Assembly (NCBI GenBank): GCA_016748015.1 | Contig: JAAOMT010000779.1 | Span: 331,168 to 395,167 of the forward strand | Length of the DNA: 64,000 nucleotides | Origin: Geosiphon pyriformis uo1 | Taxonomy: Eukaryota; Fungi; Glomeromycota | Reading direction: 5' to 3' | Shown here: positions 49,980 to 63,890 of the stretch, in pieces | Layout of the letters: every line of letters begins with the position of its first letter | How positions within the stretch are numbered: position 1 is the stretch's first letter | Notes under the pieces: model-generated | The model's database searches: none | The model's input: the letters and a program-made list of their open reading frames with translations, nothing else | What the model was told of the DNA's origin: nothing | Made by a program: the position numbers and the translations under genes

Positions 49980-52900
49980 TGTTTTAATTTTAACTGCTAT
50001 TTTGGAATCTTTTGCATGCATTTTTATGGTTGTTAAATCATTTTTGCTGTGATCTAAGATTAATTATTTTTTTGAATAATGTTCAATTAAAACTATTGGT
50101 TTTAAATCTCGTGGAATTTGTTTTGGTAGAATTAAAGATAATTGTGTTCCAATTCTGGGTGTTTTTGTTGTTATTACTGGTTTACTGTAATAGAATTTCA
50201 GCCAGTTACCATGTGCTGCTTTTCTTAATATTTTATCATCTAGTCTTAGCTTGTATGCTCTATTTCCAAGTATTTTATAAATATAAAATGGTCTATCTCA
50301 CTTGTGATCAAATTTTCCATTCCATTGTTTTTTCATTTTTGTATGATGCAACAATACTTTATCTCTAATTTTGTAGTTAATTATATTATCTGGTAACTGG
50401 TTATCATGTCTTATTTTTTGTTGTTTTTGTAATTGTTTAATATTTTGTGTTGCTTTTCTTCTTTTGTTTTCTAAAGTTTCCATTAATTCATATGTTCTTC
50501 TAAGTAGTGTTTCCTGAAATGTTGTTTCAGTGATAGTGTCACTTGGATAAGTTGGGATAGTAAGTTCAACTGGTAATGTGGCTTTTCTTCCATAAACTAG
50601 TTCAAATGGTGTGAATTGTGTAGTATCTTGTTTTACTGTTCTATATGCTAGTAGTACTGCTAGTATGAACAAATCCCATTCTTTTTCATGTTCGTTACTA
50701 ATTTTTGCCAGTGATTTGCATAATGTGCGATTAAATCTTTCAACTAATCCATTTGTTTGACAGTGGTATGGTGATGACAATGGTTGTTTGATTCCAAATT
50801 TTTGGCTAAGTTCTTTTAAGATGCTGTTTACAAAGTGTGTGTCTTGATCTAATAGCAATTCTTGTGAACATCTATGCTGGCAAATTAAGTTTTCATGTAC
50901 AAATTGAGCTATGGAAATAGTATTAGCTGTTTTAATAGCTCTAGCTTCTGGCCATTTGGTAAAATAGTCCACAGCTACTGCAATATAATGGTTGTTTCTT
51001 GTTGTTATTGGTAAGAGTCCAACTAAATCAATTCCAATTCTGTCAAATGACTGTTCAACTTTTATTGGTCTTAATAATTCCATTGTTTTTGCTTCTCCTC
51101 TTTATTGGTATAAGTCATAATTTTTTATGTATTGGATTATGTTTGAACTCATTTTTGGCCAATAGTAATGGCTAGTTGCATGTTGGATGGTTGCTGTTTT
51201 TTCAAAGTGGCCTGAATGAATATCTGAGTGCATGTTAAATAAGATAGTTTCTTTTTCATCTAAAGTTATAACTCTTAATAGATTATTTGGATTTTGTTGA
51301 TTCTGGTAATAAAGTATGTGATTTTGGATGAAATAGTGTTTTGCTAATTTTTGGAACTTAATTAGCTTTTTTACTGGGATTTTTTCGTCTATTTGTAGTG
51401 TTTCTAAGTATTGGCTGAGGTTTTTGTAAAGGTAGTTGTTCATTGTTGTTATGGTAGATGGGTTGGTAATTTTTATGTGTGTTTCATTCTTGACAAACAG
51501 TCAGCATTAGCATTTTTGGTACCTTCTTTGTATTTGATAATATAATCATATGGTGCTAACATTTGTAACCATTTGGTGTATTTTTTTTTTAGCACTTTTT
51601 TGTTATTTAACCAGACCAGACCTCTATGATCTGTGGTAATCTCAAAGAGTTGGTACCATAAATATGTGTCAAAATGAACACAACTCCAGACTACTACTAA
51701 GTATTTAAGTTCATGTGCTGCGTAGTTTTGCTCTGTCATACTGAGATTTCTGCTGGCATAAACAATTACACATTCTCTTCCATTATCATTTTTTTGTGAC
51801 AGAATGGCTCCAAGTCCAATTCCAGAGGCATCTGTGGCCAAAATGAATTTTTTGTTGAAATTTGGATAGATTATTATTGGTGATTTAATAAGCTTTTGTC
51901 TAAGGTACTCAAAAGTTTTTTGTTGTGCTTCAGTCTATTTAAATTTCACATTTTTGAATAGTAGGTAATTAAGGGGTTTGGCGATGTTTGAAAAGTTTTC
52001 TACAAAGCAGTGGTAGTAAGATGCAAGTCCTAAAAAGCTTCTAACTTCTGAAATGTTTCGAGGTACTGGAAAATTTTTCACTTTGTCTATTTTTGATGGA
52101 TTTGGTTTTATTCCATTTTTTTCAACTACATGTCCTAAAAATGCTAGCTCATTTTTCCCAAAGAAATATTTTTTTAGATTTAGTTTAAGTTCAGCATGTC
52201 TTAATCTCTCAAAAACTTGTTGCAAATGTTGGAAATAATCCATGAATTTTAATGAGAAAACATTTGTATTATCCAAGTAGACAATAATAGATTGCCACAG
52301 GATTTCAGAGTAAATTACATCCATTAGTCTTTGGAATGTTGTGGAAGCATTTGTCAATCCAAATGGCATTACATTGAACTCATAATTGCTATTTTATGTT
52401 GTGAATGCTGTTTTATGTCTGTCTTTTGGGTTCATTTCCACTTGCTAGTATCCACTGGTCAAGTCCAGTATAGAAAACCATTTTGCTCCTCCAAAAATGT
52501 CAAAAATTTCATCAATTAATGATATTGGGTATAAGTCTTTGGTTGTTTTGCTGTTTAGTTTGTGATAGTTGACACAAAATCTAATTTTTTTATTCTTTTT
52601 TCTTACTAAAACAACTAGTAAGAATCATGGGCTCATTGATAATTGGATTATTCCTTTTTTTAACATGCTTTGGACTTCTTCTCTGATAAAATTATGCTCC
52701 ATTGGTGGGACACAGTAAGCGCATTGTTTTTCAGGTCTGGCATTTCTAATGGAGATTTGGTGTTGAACCAAGTTGGTTCTTCCAAATTTGTCATTTTGTA
52801 AAAATATATCAGAGTATTTTAAAATTAATGCTTTTAATTGTCACTGTTGGTCAGAATTCATTGTTCCAATATTTAATTTGGCCAATTCTTCTGGCATAAA

Positions 52901-53294
52901 TTGATAGTATTTCAACAGTTGTTGCCAATTTATTGAAGTAAGTTTACAGTAGAGAGCAATTTCTGGGAAATTTAGAATTTTTTGTAATGTTGACATGTTT
53001 TCTGTTCTGAGGTATCCAATAATGGTATCTTCCAGAATGTAGACAGGTTCTTCTGTGGTGTTTGCAATAGGAATTTTTATTCATTGAGCTTTATCAGCTG
53101 GAATAAAAAGGTTAGTAAGTCCTATGAAAAACTGTTGGCAAGTTTCTGAATAGAGCTTAAATATTAGGTCTTTTTCTTTAATTGTCTTTTTTATTCTTAT
53201 TTCTGATTTTTCATATGGTAGAAGTATGATAGACTGCTTAGTTTTAATTACTTTGCCTTTTTCTTCTATTGTTTCAGTAAAATTTGCTTTAATT

Positions 53295-53720
53295 TCTTTT
53301 TCTGTCAATTCGAAACCAAAAGTTCCTCTCGTTGTTTGTAATAATTCCTCACAATTTTCCACTGGCACAAATTTCCCAATTTTTACCAATAGTAAGAAAA
53401 TTGCTTGTGCAATCTTTTCCTTAGATTCAATGGTATAAGGCTTTTCTGAATTGTTTTGTAGCAAAACCATCAAATTTTCAGTGTATTCAGAGTCAATTAC
53501 TCCTCCTTGAATGCTTATTTCTTTTTTTGCAAGGCTTGATTACAATGCTATTTGAATCATTGTTCCTGGCAGAATTTCAACCGCTATTTTTAGGTTAATT
53601 TTGGTAATGCTCCTGGATGGTAATGTTGTGGATTTTTTTTCTGGATAATGTAGATTGAATCCGACATCAGTTGGATAAGCTTTTTTAGGTATTATTTCTA
53701 AGTGTCTATTGTCAAAGTAT
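53295..53720 (-). pseudogene. dUTPase domain within Gypsy C pol
   Basis: KAYPTDVGFNL, SSLAKK, GGVIDSEYT, EKIAQAIF, TRGTFGF. Confidence 0.88.
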
Positions 53721-56700
53721 CAGATGTCAATCACCTGTTCTAGGTTAGTATAGGCTACAAATTTTTCTGACCTAGGACCGTCAGGTAAGTCTTGTTGATT
53801 TATTGATTGATTTTGAGACTGCTGATTCTCAATTTCCATTTTTTTTTCTAAGTCTCTTTTATCTTAACACTTTTCACAGCACTGATTTTGGCATGGGATA
53901 AAACAGTTTTCACAGAGGTAAGTGTTAATTTGGGTGAAGTATTGTTCTTGCTCTTATTGAGTAGAGCATAGTTGTTAGTAGTAGTCCTGAAATTTGTCCA
54001 CTGGGTTGAACATGTTGTAGCTGGCAACTTCATCAGCTACTTCAGCTGACTCTTTTCAATGTCATATTTCTTTAGCAGTTCCTTTTCTGACTTTGGCCTG
54101 TGTAGTGTTGTACAACTTGTCCTCATCATATGGGTAGTGCTGTAGTCTTTTTAACACTCTGTTGAATACTGCTTTGAACAGCATTTCTCTTCTTACCCAG
54201 TTACAGATGAGGATCGTGTATTGGCAAGTTGTGTCACATGTTTCTCCTCTGCCTAGTATGTCATTCCAGTCATACTCTCTTGGTAATGGTTTTCCATAAG
54301 CGACACATGATTCCTCATCCCATTTTCCATGTCTTTCTAAATAACTGTATTTTTCTTTGTTACAATGGTTACAATAGTAGTGAGTGGAGTTTCTTGGGTC
54401 TTCATCTGGTGCATTGCATGCAGTCATAGATGAGAGTTTTTTCTTGCAAACTGAGCATTCTAGCTTTGGTTTGTGTTACTGGTGGTTTTTTCATGAACTT
54501 ACCTGGTTCTATTTGGATCTTTCTTTGCTGATCCATGTTGATATGGCTGGTAGTCCTGTTCTTTGGTTATCAGCCCAAGAGAGCTAATAGGTTTTGATGG
54601 CTAGTAGTACTGGATTTTCCTCAAATTCGAAGATAGGTCTTTGATTGGTGCTGGGTTTTTGGAAGTGGTCACAGGTGGCTGGAATTCTGGCCTGATGGCC
54701 ATTATAATTGATCAAAAACTCTTGAATGGTCCAGTTTAAGGTAGCATTGGCTTTTGTTAGCCAGTCATTTCCTACTAATGCTTAATATTGTATAGCATTT
54801 ATTACTAATACTTTTGTAGATATTACTATGCTATTAATTTTGAAAGGAAATGAGTCAATTTCACCATAAGGCAGCTTTGTACTTCCATCAGCTGTTATGA
54901 TTTGGGACATCACAGCACAATCAACTTTAAAACTCACTTGGTTTACTAGTTAAAGCATTACAATGCTTTCAGCAAATCTACTATCTAAGATAAGTTTGAT
55001 TGGAGTATTGTTTACAGTGGTTTTTATATACATAGTAGTGATTGGGTGTTTTTTATTCAATGCTGCTCCACTGAACATAGCTTCGTTTTCCTTTAATTCA
55101 AAAGAAAAAATAGCTGCGAAGCTGCTATCTTTGGTGGCAACTACTGGTGATATTGTTTGGCTCAATTTGTTGGAGGAATTTTCGGTTTTGTTTATGTTTC
55201 TACCATCATTGTTTCCAATAATCAGATTTTTCAGTATATTGAGATAAGTTTGTTGATAATTTTGGTAGTTTGGATTGGTTTGCTGACTGGTTCTGATGTG
55301 GTTTGGATTCCTCTGGACCAACGCATTTTGGTTTTACATGAGCTGATTTCAGGGCTTGGAACACCAATTTGGGTTGGTTATCATGGACTGTTGCTAGTAA
55401 GTTCTTTGATTTTAATATGTGGTGAGATATTGGCATGATATTGGTATGTACTGGTTTCTGGACATTTGGAGTAACATATAATAATTATTTTCACATGCTT
55501 TCTGCATCATTCACATTTGATATTGACTAATCAAATGTTCTATGCATTTGCAAAAATGGCAGGCATGCATTTCTGTTCTGAATTTCTAGCATAACGAGTG
55601 ATTATTTTGATTGTCACTGACTTTTTGACTGTGTCTTTGGAGTGGTTGGTATGTATTTCTTTTTGGATCTGGGATGAGATAACTTTCTATTTTCTTAGAA
55701 AGTTTCTCCCCTAATTGTGTTACTCTTTTCTCTAATGTTTCTGTCTTATTTTCCTTCATTACTATGTTAACTATTTGACTATGATTAGCTTCTTTCTTAG
55801 CTGATTCAAAGGCTCTGGTGAGCATAACAGCTTTTGATAAGGAATTAGGGTGGGCAGGGCATACTCTTCCTAAAATACTGCTTTTTAATCCTCTAATAAA
55901 CTGATTTAAAACCTGAAGATCAGTATAGTATCCTTGTTCAATTGTTTCAATCTGACAGTAAATTCGATTGAATTGAGCAAGGTATTGGGTGACAGTTTTA
56001 CTGGTACTTTGCTTGATAGTATTAAATTCGTTCTGTAATTGGATTATGGTATTTGGGTTGCTAAAATACTCCAGGAGTACATTTTTAAATTTGGTAAAAC
56101 TCATGGGTTTTGTTTCCAGGCTTTGATACCACAAGTCAGCTGTGTCTTTCAGGAAGAAAAGTAATGTTTGAATTGCTCTTTGGTCATTCTAGTTATTTGC
56201 CTGGATGGCTTTTTGTGCTTCTTTGAGCCATGTATACATATCCGTTTCTTCTTCCTCTTCTAAAAAATCTGTTAGTCTTGTGATGTATGATGTGGCTATT
56301 TTGTTGCTGTTTTCTGCTGGTGAACTTATTGGTCTAAAAGGAGATGGGATGATATTCTCTTAAGCATTCCTAAAAGTGGCTTCCCTTATATCTGGTTCTT
56401 CCTCTTGATCATAAGTTTCTTGGTTTCTGGACTGGCTGCTTGTTTCAGTAACCAGTCTTGTGATTGTTTTTTCACTGGTCTTTTTTTCGGATTCCAATTC
56501 AAACTTTTCTTCATGGTTTTCAAACCCTGTTCCAAATTTTGGCTGAAAAAAAGGGTTTTGGAATAGCGATAAATATTCTTCTGTAATTGGTATGTTTCCC
56601 TAGTTACATTGTTTAATTTTATCAGTATAACTAAGAGTTCTTGGCATTTGTAAAGTTGATATTGATGATGATGCAGCTCCTAATGAAATTTGTATCTTAT

Positions 56701-58143
56701 TTTCTGGTAAAAAATGGTATGATTTATTTTCTGGTAAATAAATATGTTGTTTCTTTATTGATTGAGTGACAGTTTTCTTTGGTGTTTAAGCAGGTGTTCC
56801 TAGTTTTTGCTGGTTACTTTCCTGATTAGTTTCTAAATTTTTTTGGTTTTGTTAATACATTCCCTAATGTTTCCTGTAGATATTAGAAAATTTTTGTTGG
56901 CATATTACTCAATTTCTCAATGAATTTTGACAATAGTTGCAGCTATTACTGTTACTTCCTTTGTAGTGTATTGTGATAATTTTCTATACAATTCAAGTTT
57001 TGCATCATGTGGTTTTTCTTCTTTTCCTATATGATAATTTATTTTGGCATTAATATAATAAGTGAGAGCAGATTCTACTAGACAACACCCTTCTGGTAAT
57101 CCAAGATTACTTTGATTTTGTGTGTAAATAGCACGGCAGAATTCAAGAACAGTAAGATTAGGGGTTTTTGTCACCACTTTTGTCTCTTCTTTTTTAACAA
57201 TGAATTATTGCTAATTATTATTTCTTTTTTGATTTTCTTTCCTCATAGGATTCACTAAATGTTATAAGATGGTTTTCTTAATATATATTTAATTGCTAAT
57301 ATCCTGTTCTAATTGCAATCAGTCTCTTGTAAGTTTCTTAATTCTAATTATATGATAATATTGGTATTTAAGCTGCTGGTTTTCTCTTGATGTCCTAATA
57401 TAAGCTATTTTTCAATCTCTGATTGTTGTATGTGTTTATGTACTCCTTCCCAGAGGCTGAACTAAAATCTACCTGCTGTTTGGAGTCTTTTCTGAGACTA
57501 TCTTTGCAATTGTCTGATGTGTTTCTCTAATCTAGAAACACAGAATGTTAATAGTTTTTAGCACTTTTCTTAATTCTTACAATAAAGCTTTTATCAATTA
57601 GTAATAATGTGAATAATCTTGATCAAGGATTATTCTTCTAAGAGATTCAGCTAATGAATGATAGTTTTATTCAATAAATAATACAAATAAGTTTCTTAAT
57701 ACTTTGGGTTGTGATAATTCAGTTTTAAATATTTTTTTTTATTTCTTTTTGATTTAAAGGTTTCTTGGAATATTTTATTTAAAAGTATGATTTAAAGTGG
57801 AGTTTGTTGGATAAATTGAATTTATTGCTTGATAAGTTATGATTTTTATTACTTCATTGTTTTTCTTAATATTAAAACTACTGTATATATACATGTTTGT
57901 CATTCTATAAGAAAACATATTATAATACTTTCTTTTTAATATTTCAATCTGGTGTTTGCTACTATTGTAAACTGGTGCTTACCACTATTGTGAGATGGTG
58001 TTTGCTACTATGTTAATCATTATCTTTCTAAGGTTATTACTGTACTATATTATGATTGAATAGTTTATATTATTTTTATAATTCTTTTTCTAAATTCTTA
58101 AACCATAACAATGTCCTCATTATTAAGTAGTATGCTATAATTT

Positions 58144-61100
58144 CAGTCAGGGAGATTTCCTGATTTGTTAATAGAAATCATTCTTTTTATGGTAATAAAA
58201 AAAACTAAAGAAGTTTTTAAAAATAATTATAAAACACTAAACAAAATTTTTAAAATATTACAATATTTAATTACTCTTCTTCTTTATAAGCCACTACCAC
58301 TATTAAAAGACAATGATAGAACTATTATATCTGGCTTGTTGTTTGCAGGTATTATAAAAGTTTTAATAATAATTAACATATGGTACAATACTGCTGCTTT
58401 TGGTACTTTGAAAACTGGTAGTGCTTCAAAAGCTAATAGTGCTTTGAAGACTATTGCTGTGAGTATTAATAAAGTTATTCTGAATCAAACTTTGGCTAAC
58501 AAGATTACTTTTTTTCTATATTAGGAAAAAAAATTAACAGACTTATAAGTGAGAATAATGGCCCAATAGGATTTTCTGAGAACAAGTTTGTTAATAGAAT
58601 ATTGCTTAAACAAATCAATTGGGAACAAAGTTTAAATTTATCTTTTCTTAGGAAAAAAAATATGACTAGTAATAAAACTCAGAACATAAGAATTCTAATA
58701 TATACCCAATAAATATGTTTTTATACTAACTTTGACATCCATGATTAAAAAAAGGCTTTATACTAGCAATTATATTCATTATTCAACTAATATTTAGTAT
58801 TAGCAAATAAAAGTTTAACTAATAATTTTAAAGATATATTAAAAATCAACTTTTTTGAGGCAAATAAATCTATGTTAAATGCTTTTCATAATCCAAACAT
58901 AATCATACAAAATGAAAATTCGAATCTAGATTCAACATATTATGTTTTAAAAATAGGTATATATAATACAATAGTAATATTAGCACTAAGCTCAATTTTG
59001 ATGGCCAATAAAATTTTTATATGTGATCCGAATTTTTTAGTTTGTAAAAAATATTGCAAATAAGAGTTAATAAAAAGGAATAACAAAGGACCATGTATTA
59101 AAAATTATTATTATCAAACAATTAACAATAGTGGTTATCAAAACTTTATAAAATTTATCTAGTGGTTTTCTTTTTAGCAACTAATAAATACCTCAACCAT
59201 GTGTTTAAATAATGGAACTGGATAGAATTTAGAATTTCACAAAACATGTATTAGCAAAAAAGCCTGACCCATAATTTTTATATTACAATTCTGGACAAAA
59301 ATTTTGCCAAATATTATATTAAACAATATGAGTATTAGTGCCATAATGACTGTGATTTATATTTTATGCAACTTTCAGGCTGCATATATCAAAATCATCA
59401 TCCACCATAGAAAAAATCATATTATGAATATTGGGTTTATAGTTAACATCTTCAAAAATACAAATATTGTGTATTAACTGATCATAATTCCAATTATAAA
59501 TGATAATATATTTAATATAAACAAAACTGTACATAATACAATATATTTCTAATTTCTTAAAGAATATTTATTAGGCTGTTATATGATTAACTTGATAAGC
59601 TTTAAAAACATGATTACTTAAAAGAAGTATTAGAGAGTTAATAATAGATAATAGTTGTAATTTTATTAACAGATTTACATTTTTTAATGATCTGTTTTTT
59701 TACTTGTTACTATAATTGGTTTCCAAATACTTAACAATGTTTTTTTAATTTATTTTGCTTTAAAAAAGTCTATTCTTTTTATCTGTGCAATTTTATTGAA
59801 TTTTTTTATTTCTTTACTTAATATCTATTCATGACTAATATTATAAAAAACATGATTAGAAACATTTAGATTTACAAACTGTGTCTTTCTTATCTGAATT
59901 TGAAATTGATTTAATTCAGCAATAAAGCTAAAATGTGTATAAGATTTGTATATTTTACTTTTAAAATATCCAATAATATTAAAAAAATTAGTATACAATC
60001 TTTTAAATTTGATATAATTATATGTTGCAATTTCCTAATACTGTTGTAAAGATGTAGAAAAAATTAACAATTTGAGTATTTTGTTAATTTTTTCAAGTAT
60101 TATATCATGGTCTTAATGTTGATTTAAAAGTTTAAATCAAGAAATTACAATTTTTTCTTGAATTAGCTTGCAAACTTTAGACTTCAATTATAATCATTGT
60201 TTTTTATTAATTTTAATTAATTGGTAAATAAGATGTTACTAAGCAAACCAAATTAGTGTAAATATTTGTTTAACTATAAATCTTAATGAAGACTTATTAA
60301 AACAAACTTCAATGCAAAAGTTAATAATTGCTTGTAAATAAAAAAAACTTGTTTATATTTTAACTTAAATTTAGAATCTGTTTTATTTTGGGCCTATTCT
60401 AAATAACTTTCAACAAATGGATTTTTTTTAGAAACAACATATGATCATATTAATTCAGAAGCCATTGCATATCTATATATATTATATATTAAATCTTACA
60501 ACTTATAATAATTAGAACATTTTTTAACATTCTAATATCTTTAATATTATGCAAAGTATTTTATATTGATATTCTAATTCAGTTTAACAAATGCTTTTAA
60601 TATATTTATTTCTTTACAAAAAGCACTTGGAACTAATATAAACTAAGAAAAGTCTTTTTTGATTATTTATACATAATAATAAGATATTTTATCACATATT
60701 ACTACAACCCATCTATAACTACTATTTTTAATATTAAATATTTCTTTAATATGCTCAAAAACCTTTTAAATATTGGCAATTGAGTTTGAATTTATGGCTA
60801 TTGGATCAGAAACATATAATTACAACATATAAACTTCAATTTCTAAATACAATTATGTATTTTCAAATATGTAAGAATGAGGAATAAGTTTTTTGGTAAT
60901 GTTAACTGATTTATTTAATTAATTTATCTCAGTAATTGTTAATAATTTATCACAGTATGCAGAACAAACTCGTTTTTTATTATCAATATTAGACAATTGA
61001 CAAGCTAGACATTTTTTTAAAGAACCAATTTGGCTTTGATATTGTATCAATTCATCAATTATATTTGTTTTTTGACTTTCTCTGCACAAAGCTCTTTTAA

Positions 61101-62551
61101 AATAATGATAAGATAATTAGTAAGTTCTTTATGAATTTCATTTATCATATCTGAAATTAAAAAAAATAATTTCTTATATTCTTTTTTAAGAAGTTCAAAA
61201 TACAACCAGGATCTATATTTTGAATATCATTAATTTGATTATAATTAAAAACAACAAAACTCATAATAATATTGAATATGACTGTATTATATCCACAATT
61301 TAAGTAATTTTTTTGACTTTTTTGTTTATTATCAAAGGCTAAAAATAAAAATTCTTTGAGAAGCTTTGACTGTTCTATAGCCAAACTTTTTAATTAGTTA
61401 GTAAACTTTTTATAGCAATCAGAACTTATAATATAATTATCAATATTAATGATCATTTTCGATCTTATTACTGAATATTTGATTGCTAAAATGGCTAAAT
61501 TAATAACAAAAACATATTTTAAATACTTTGATTTATATATAAACATCAACTGTTATAGCATACTTAAAAAGCTTTTTCTCTTCATTTTAATATTTATCTT
61601 TATTATAAGTAAGAGTTTCAATAAATTTTACAATAACTAGATTTTGTTTTACAAGCCATATTAAAGAACAATATTCTAAAAAACTATTTAAATTAAAACA
61701 TTCAGGATTTTTTTTCAAACTCATTATATTATTATACAAATTACTTTGTTTCTTTTTGGCAATTTCTTTTATAAATTTAATATAATCTTGTTGATTATTA
61801 AATGCTTCATTTAATTGTTTTTTTAATGTTATATTCTTAAATAATAATTGCTGATTGATATTTTTTAGCTCTTGTATCCATTTTATATAAATTTTATATA
61901 TTGAATTTGACAAGAATACTTAGACTCTAAAATCAGAAAAAGTTTTTTCTAATTCTAACAACTTGTTATTATTAGAAAGTTTTGGTCTTTTTCTTTTTGT
62001 TTTTTCTAAATCTAAAAAAGTTGAATCATTTAATTTAATAATTTGTTTAATAAAAGACTTTTTAACAATAATTTGATTATAATGTTTTTTACATAAAGAG
62101 TAATTGTTTAGAGAGTTAAGTAATATAGTTAATCTAAAAAAATACTTAGTTATTTCTATTATTTTTTTTGCTACAATATTAGTTAATGTATGTCACCATC
62201 TTTGACTTTTTTTGGTTTCACATTTTACTAATTAACTTTTGTTATATTTATTGATAAAAGATTCAAATAAACAGAGTAAGTCTTTGGTATTTATTATAAA
62301 GCAAGATGTAATTTTAAATCCAATTTAATAAAAAACTACTATGTAAAATTGTGTAAATTCTTATAAATTTTGAAACTTTGTGTTTATAAAAATATGTTTT
62401 TACTATTAGTTTCGATTTTTATATAAAGTATTTAATCAATAAAATATTATCAAATTCTCTATACTAATAATGCTAAATACCAATTAGATTACAAGAATTT
62501 TTTGTGGATTATTTCAGAATTGATCTACGAAATTTAAAATCTTTCTAACTG
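58144..62551 (-). mobile_element. 4.4-kb TIR DNA transposon, degenerate DDE-type transposase (Academ/DUF6589-like motifs; superfamily uncertain)
   Basis: Interrupts the Gypsy B LTR. TIRs CAGTCAGGGAGATTTC vs CAGTTAGAAAGATTTT (all mismatches are transitions). AATTT duplicated (58139-58143 / 62552-62556). Minus-strand remnants: FLAFDN, CLAC-x11-CSAYC, WVVVICD, ILVPSAFCKEIN, DIILEKINK. Confidence 0.8.
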
Positions 62552-62899
62552 AATTTACTGACAATATACACATTGTTAAGTAATATATCATAATTTTTTA
62601 ACATTGTGTTTACTTATTAAGTACTATTTTTTTATTGGTTTATTTTTTTATTTGTTTTTTTTACTTTTTTTTTTTGTATTTTTTCTATAAATAACATCAT
62701 ACTTTCATAATAGACAGCCAATTTACTTTCTAAATTAATTTACTTAATATCATGTTTTGGTCAAAACTATTTTTTTATTGAGCACAATATATAGATCTAT
62801 ACATATTGTAAATAAAATAATGAGTATTGTTAAAAATAACCATGTTTTCGATTATAATAAAATATTTATAAACCCAATTTGGCAGAAATAAAAAGAGCC

Positions 62900-63890
62900 A
62901 AAAACCACTACAAAAAACTTTATAACTTTAAAAATAGTTAAAAAAAGAAAACTATTAATAAAAACTTTAATAACAACAACTATAAAAGTTTTAGAAGCAA
63001 AATTTATATAGAACAACTTAATATTGTCTTTAAAAACCAATCTAAATTTAATAAAATTAAGCAATAAATGAAACAAAAAATTAATTAAAATTAATTTGAT
63101 TTTAAAAATAAAATCAAATACTAGAATAAAAGTTATTTACAAAAAAAATTTTATGACTAAAAATTATTTTTTAAGCATTATTAAAAGCAGTATCAGAAAA
63201 CAAAAAAGGAGAGATTAATTCAATTTTTATTTAATTAGCTTAATTTTTAAAAATAAATAATTTAATAAATTGTTTTATTTTTAAGACTAATAATAATTTA
63301 TCAAAAAATATTACATTTAATAATATAGCTAATAGTTAATTTTGGTTTATCTTAAAAAATATATTATTATTATTATTGTTTATATTAAAAAAAAAACTAG
63401 TTACTACTGAAAAAATTTAATTATAATCCTATTTAAAACCATAAAAAGTTTTAGTATAACAATAGCAAATACAAGTAACTATTATTATTTTTTTAATTTT
63501 TTAATTTTTTTGGTTATTTGCAAAAAAAAAATAATAGTATTAGTAGTAAAAACAAAAAAAACCAGCTTGTTAATTAGTCTGTTGTTAAAAATTTTAAGAC
63601 TTTTAGAAAAAATAAAAACAATATTAAAACTAATCTAAGTATATTTCTTAGAAAAAACTTTAACTAAAAAAGAATTATTAGCTAAAAGTAAAAAAAATGT
63701 TTTAAAAACTACCAAAGACAGTTTTTTATTATTAATATTTAAAAAAAACATTATCAAAATATTTTGTTTAACTGCTTTGACAATAAAAAAATTTATTAAT
63801 TATTATAGAAAAAATAATATTTGAAACTTTTTTATTCTTTGCTTTAATCATAATTATAAAATAAAAAAAGAAAAAGAATTTTAAATGTTT
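62900..63890 (-). mobile_element. 5' half of a second copy of the 21.4-kb-type ORF1 element, strongly AT-shifted
   Basis: ORF 62852-63076 (FKDNIKLFYINFAS...FLTIFKVIKFFVV) aligns with 22177-22653 (LKDNVKLFCVEFAF...LATFKIAKSLVI). Upstream sequence is colinear with 21434-22250. Confidence 0.75.

Larger units (their letters stand above)
48448..58110 (-). mobile_element. Ty3/Gypsy family C, full length (9.7 kb), degenerate
   Basis: LTRs 48448-49298 and 57260-58110 (851 bp each). TSD ATGT (48444-48447 / 58111-58114). PPT 49299-49313, PBS remnant 57241-57257. Gag 55586-56134, PR ~54700-55050, Cys-rich ~53860-54460, dUTPase ~53295-53720, RT 51935-52700, RH 51473-51841, IN 50298-51443, extra ORF 49312-49979. 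Confidence 0.97.
41766..62696 (-). mobile_element. Gypsy family B, internally deleted (no RT/RH/IN), with two elements nested in its 5' LTR
   Basis: 3' LTR 41766-42669. 5' LTR in three pieces: 47730-48447, 58111-58143, 62552-62696. PBS cctcacagagagcacca 47711-47727. TSD TTAT/TCAT. PR 45130-45581, dUTPase ~43535-43960, extra ORF ~42688-43295. Confidence 0.88.
40947..62900 (-). mobile_element. LINE copy 4 (ORF2 C-terminal ~1 kb + tail), split by a 21-kb nested insertion
   Basis: 3' tail 40947-41078 and ORF2 C-terminus 41078-41765 (HPNLHMFSGF...). Reading continues at 62697-62890 (NTHYFIYNMYRSIYCAQ...VNWLSIMKVx), homologous to ORF 290-562. Confidence 0.8.

Noticed and set aside
58165-58524. 119-aa plus-strand ORF as a captured host gene in the DNA transposon
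   Set aside because: No recognisable motif and the coding strand cannot be decided by eye. Noted only as unexplained sequence.
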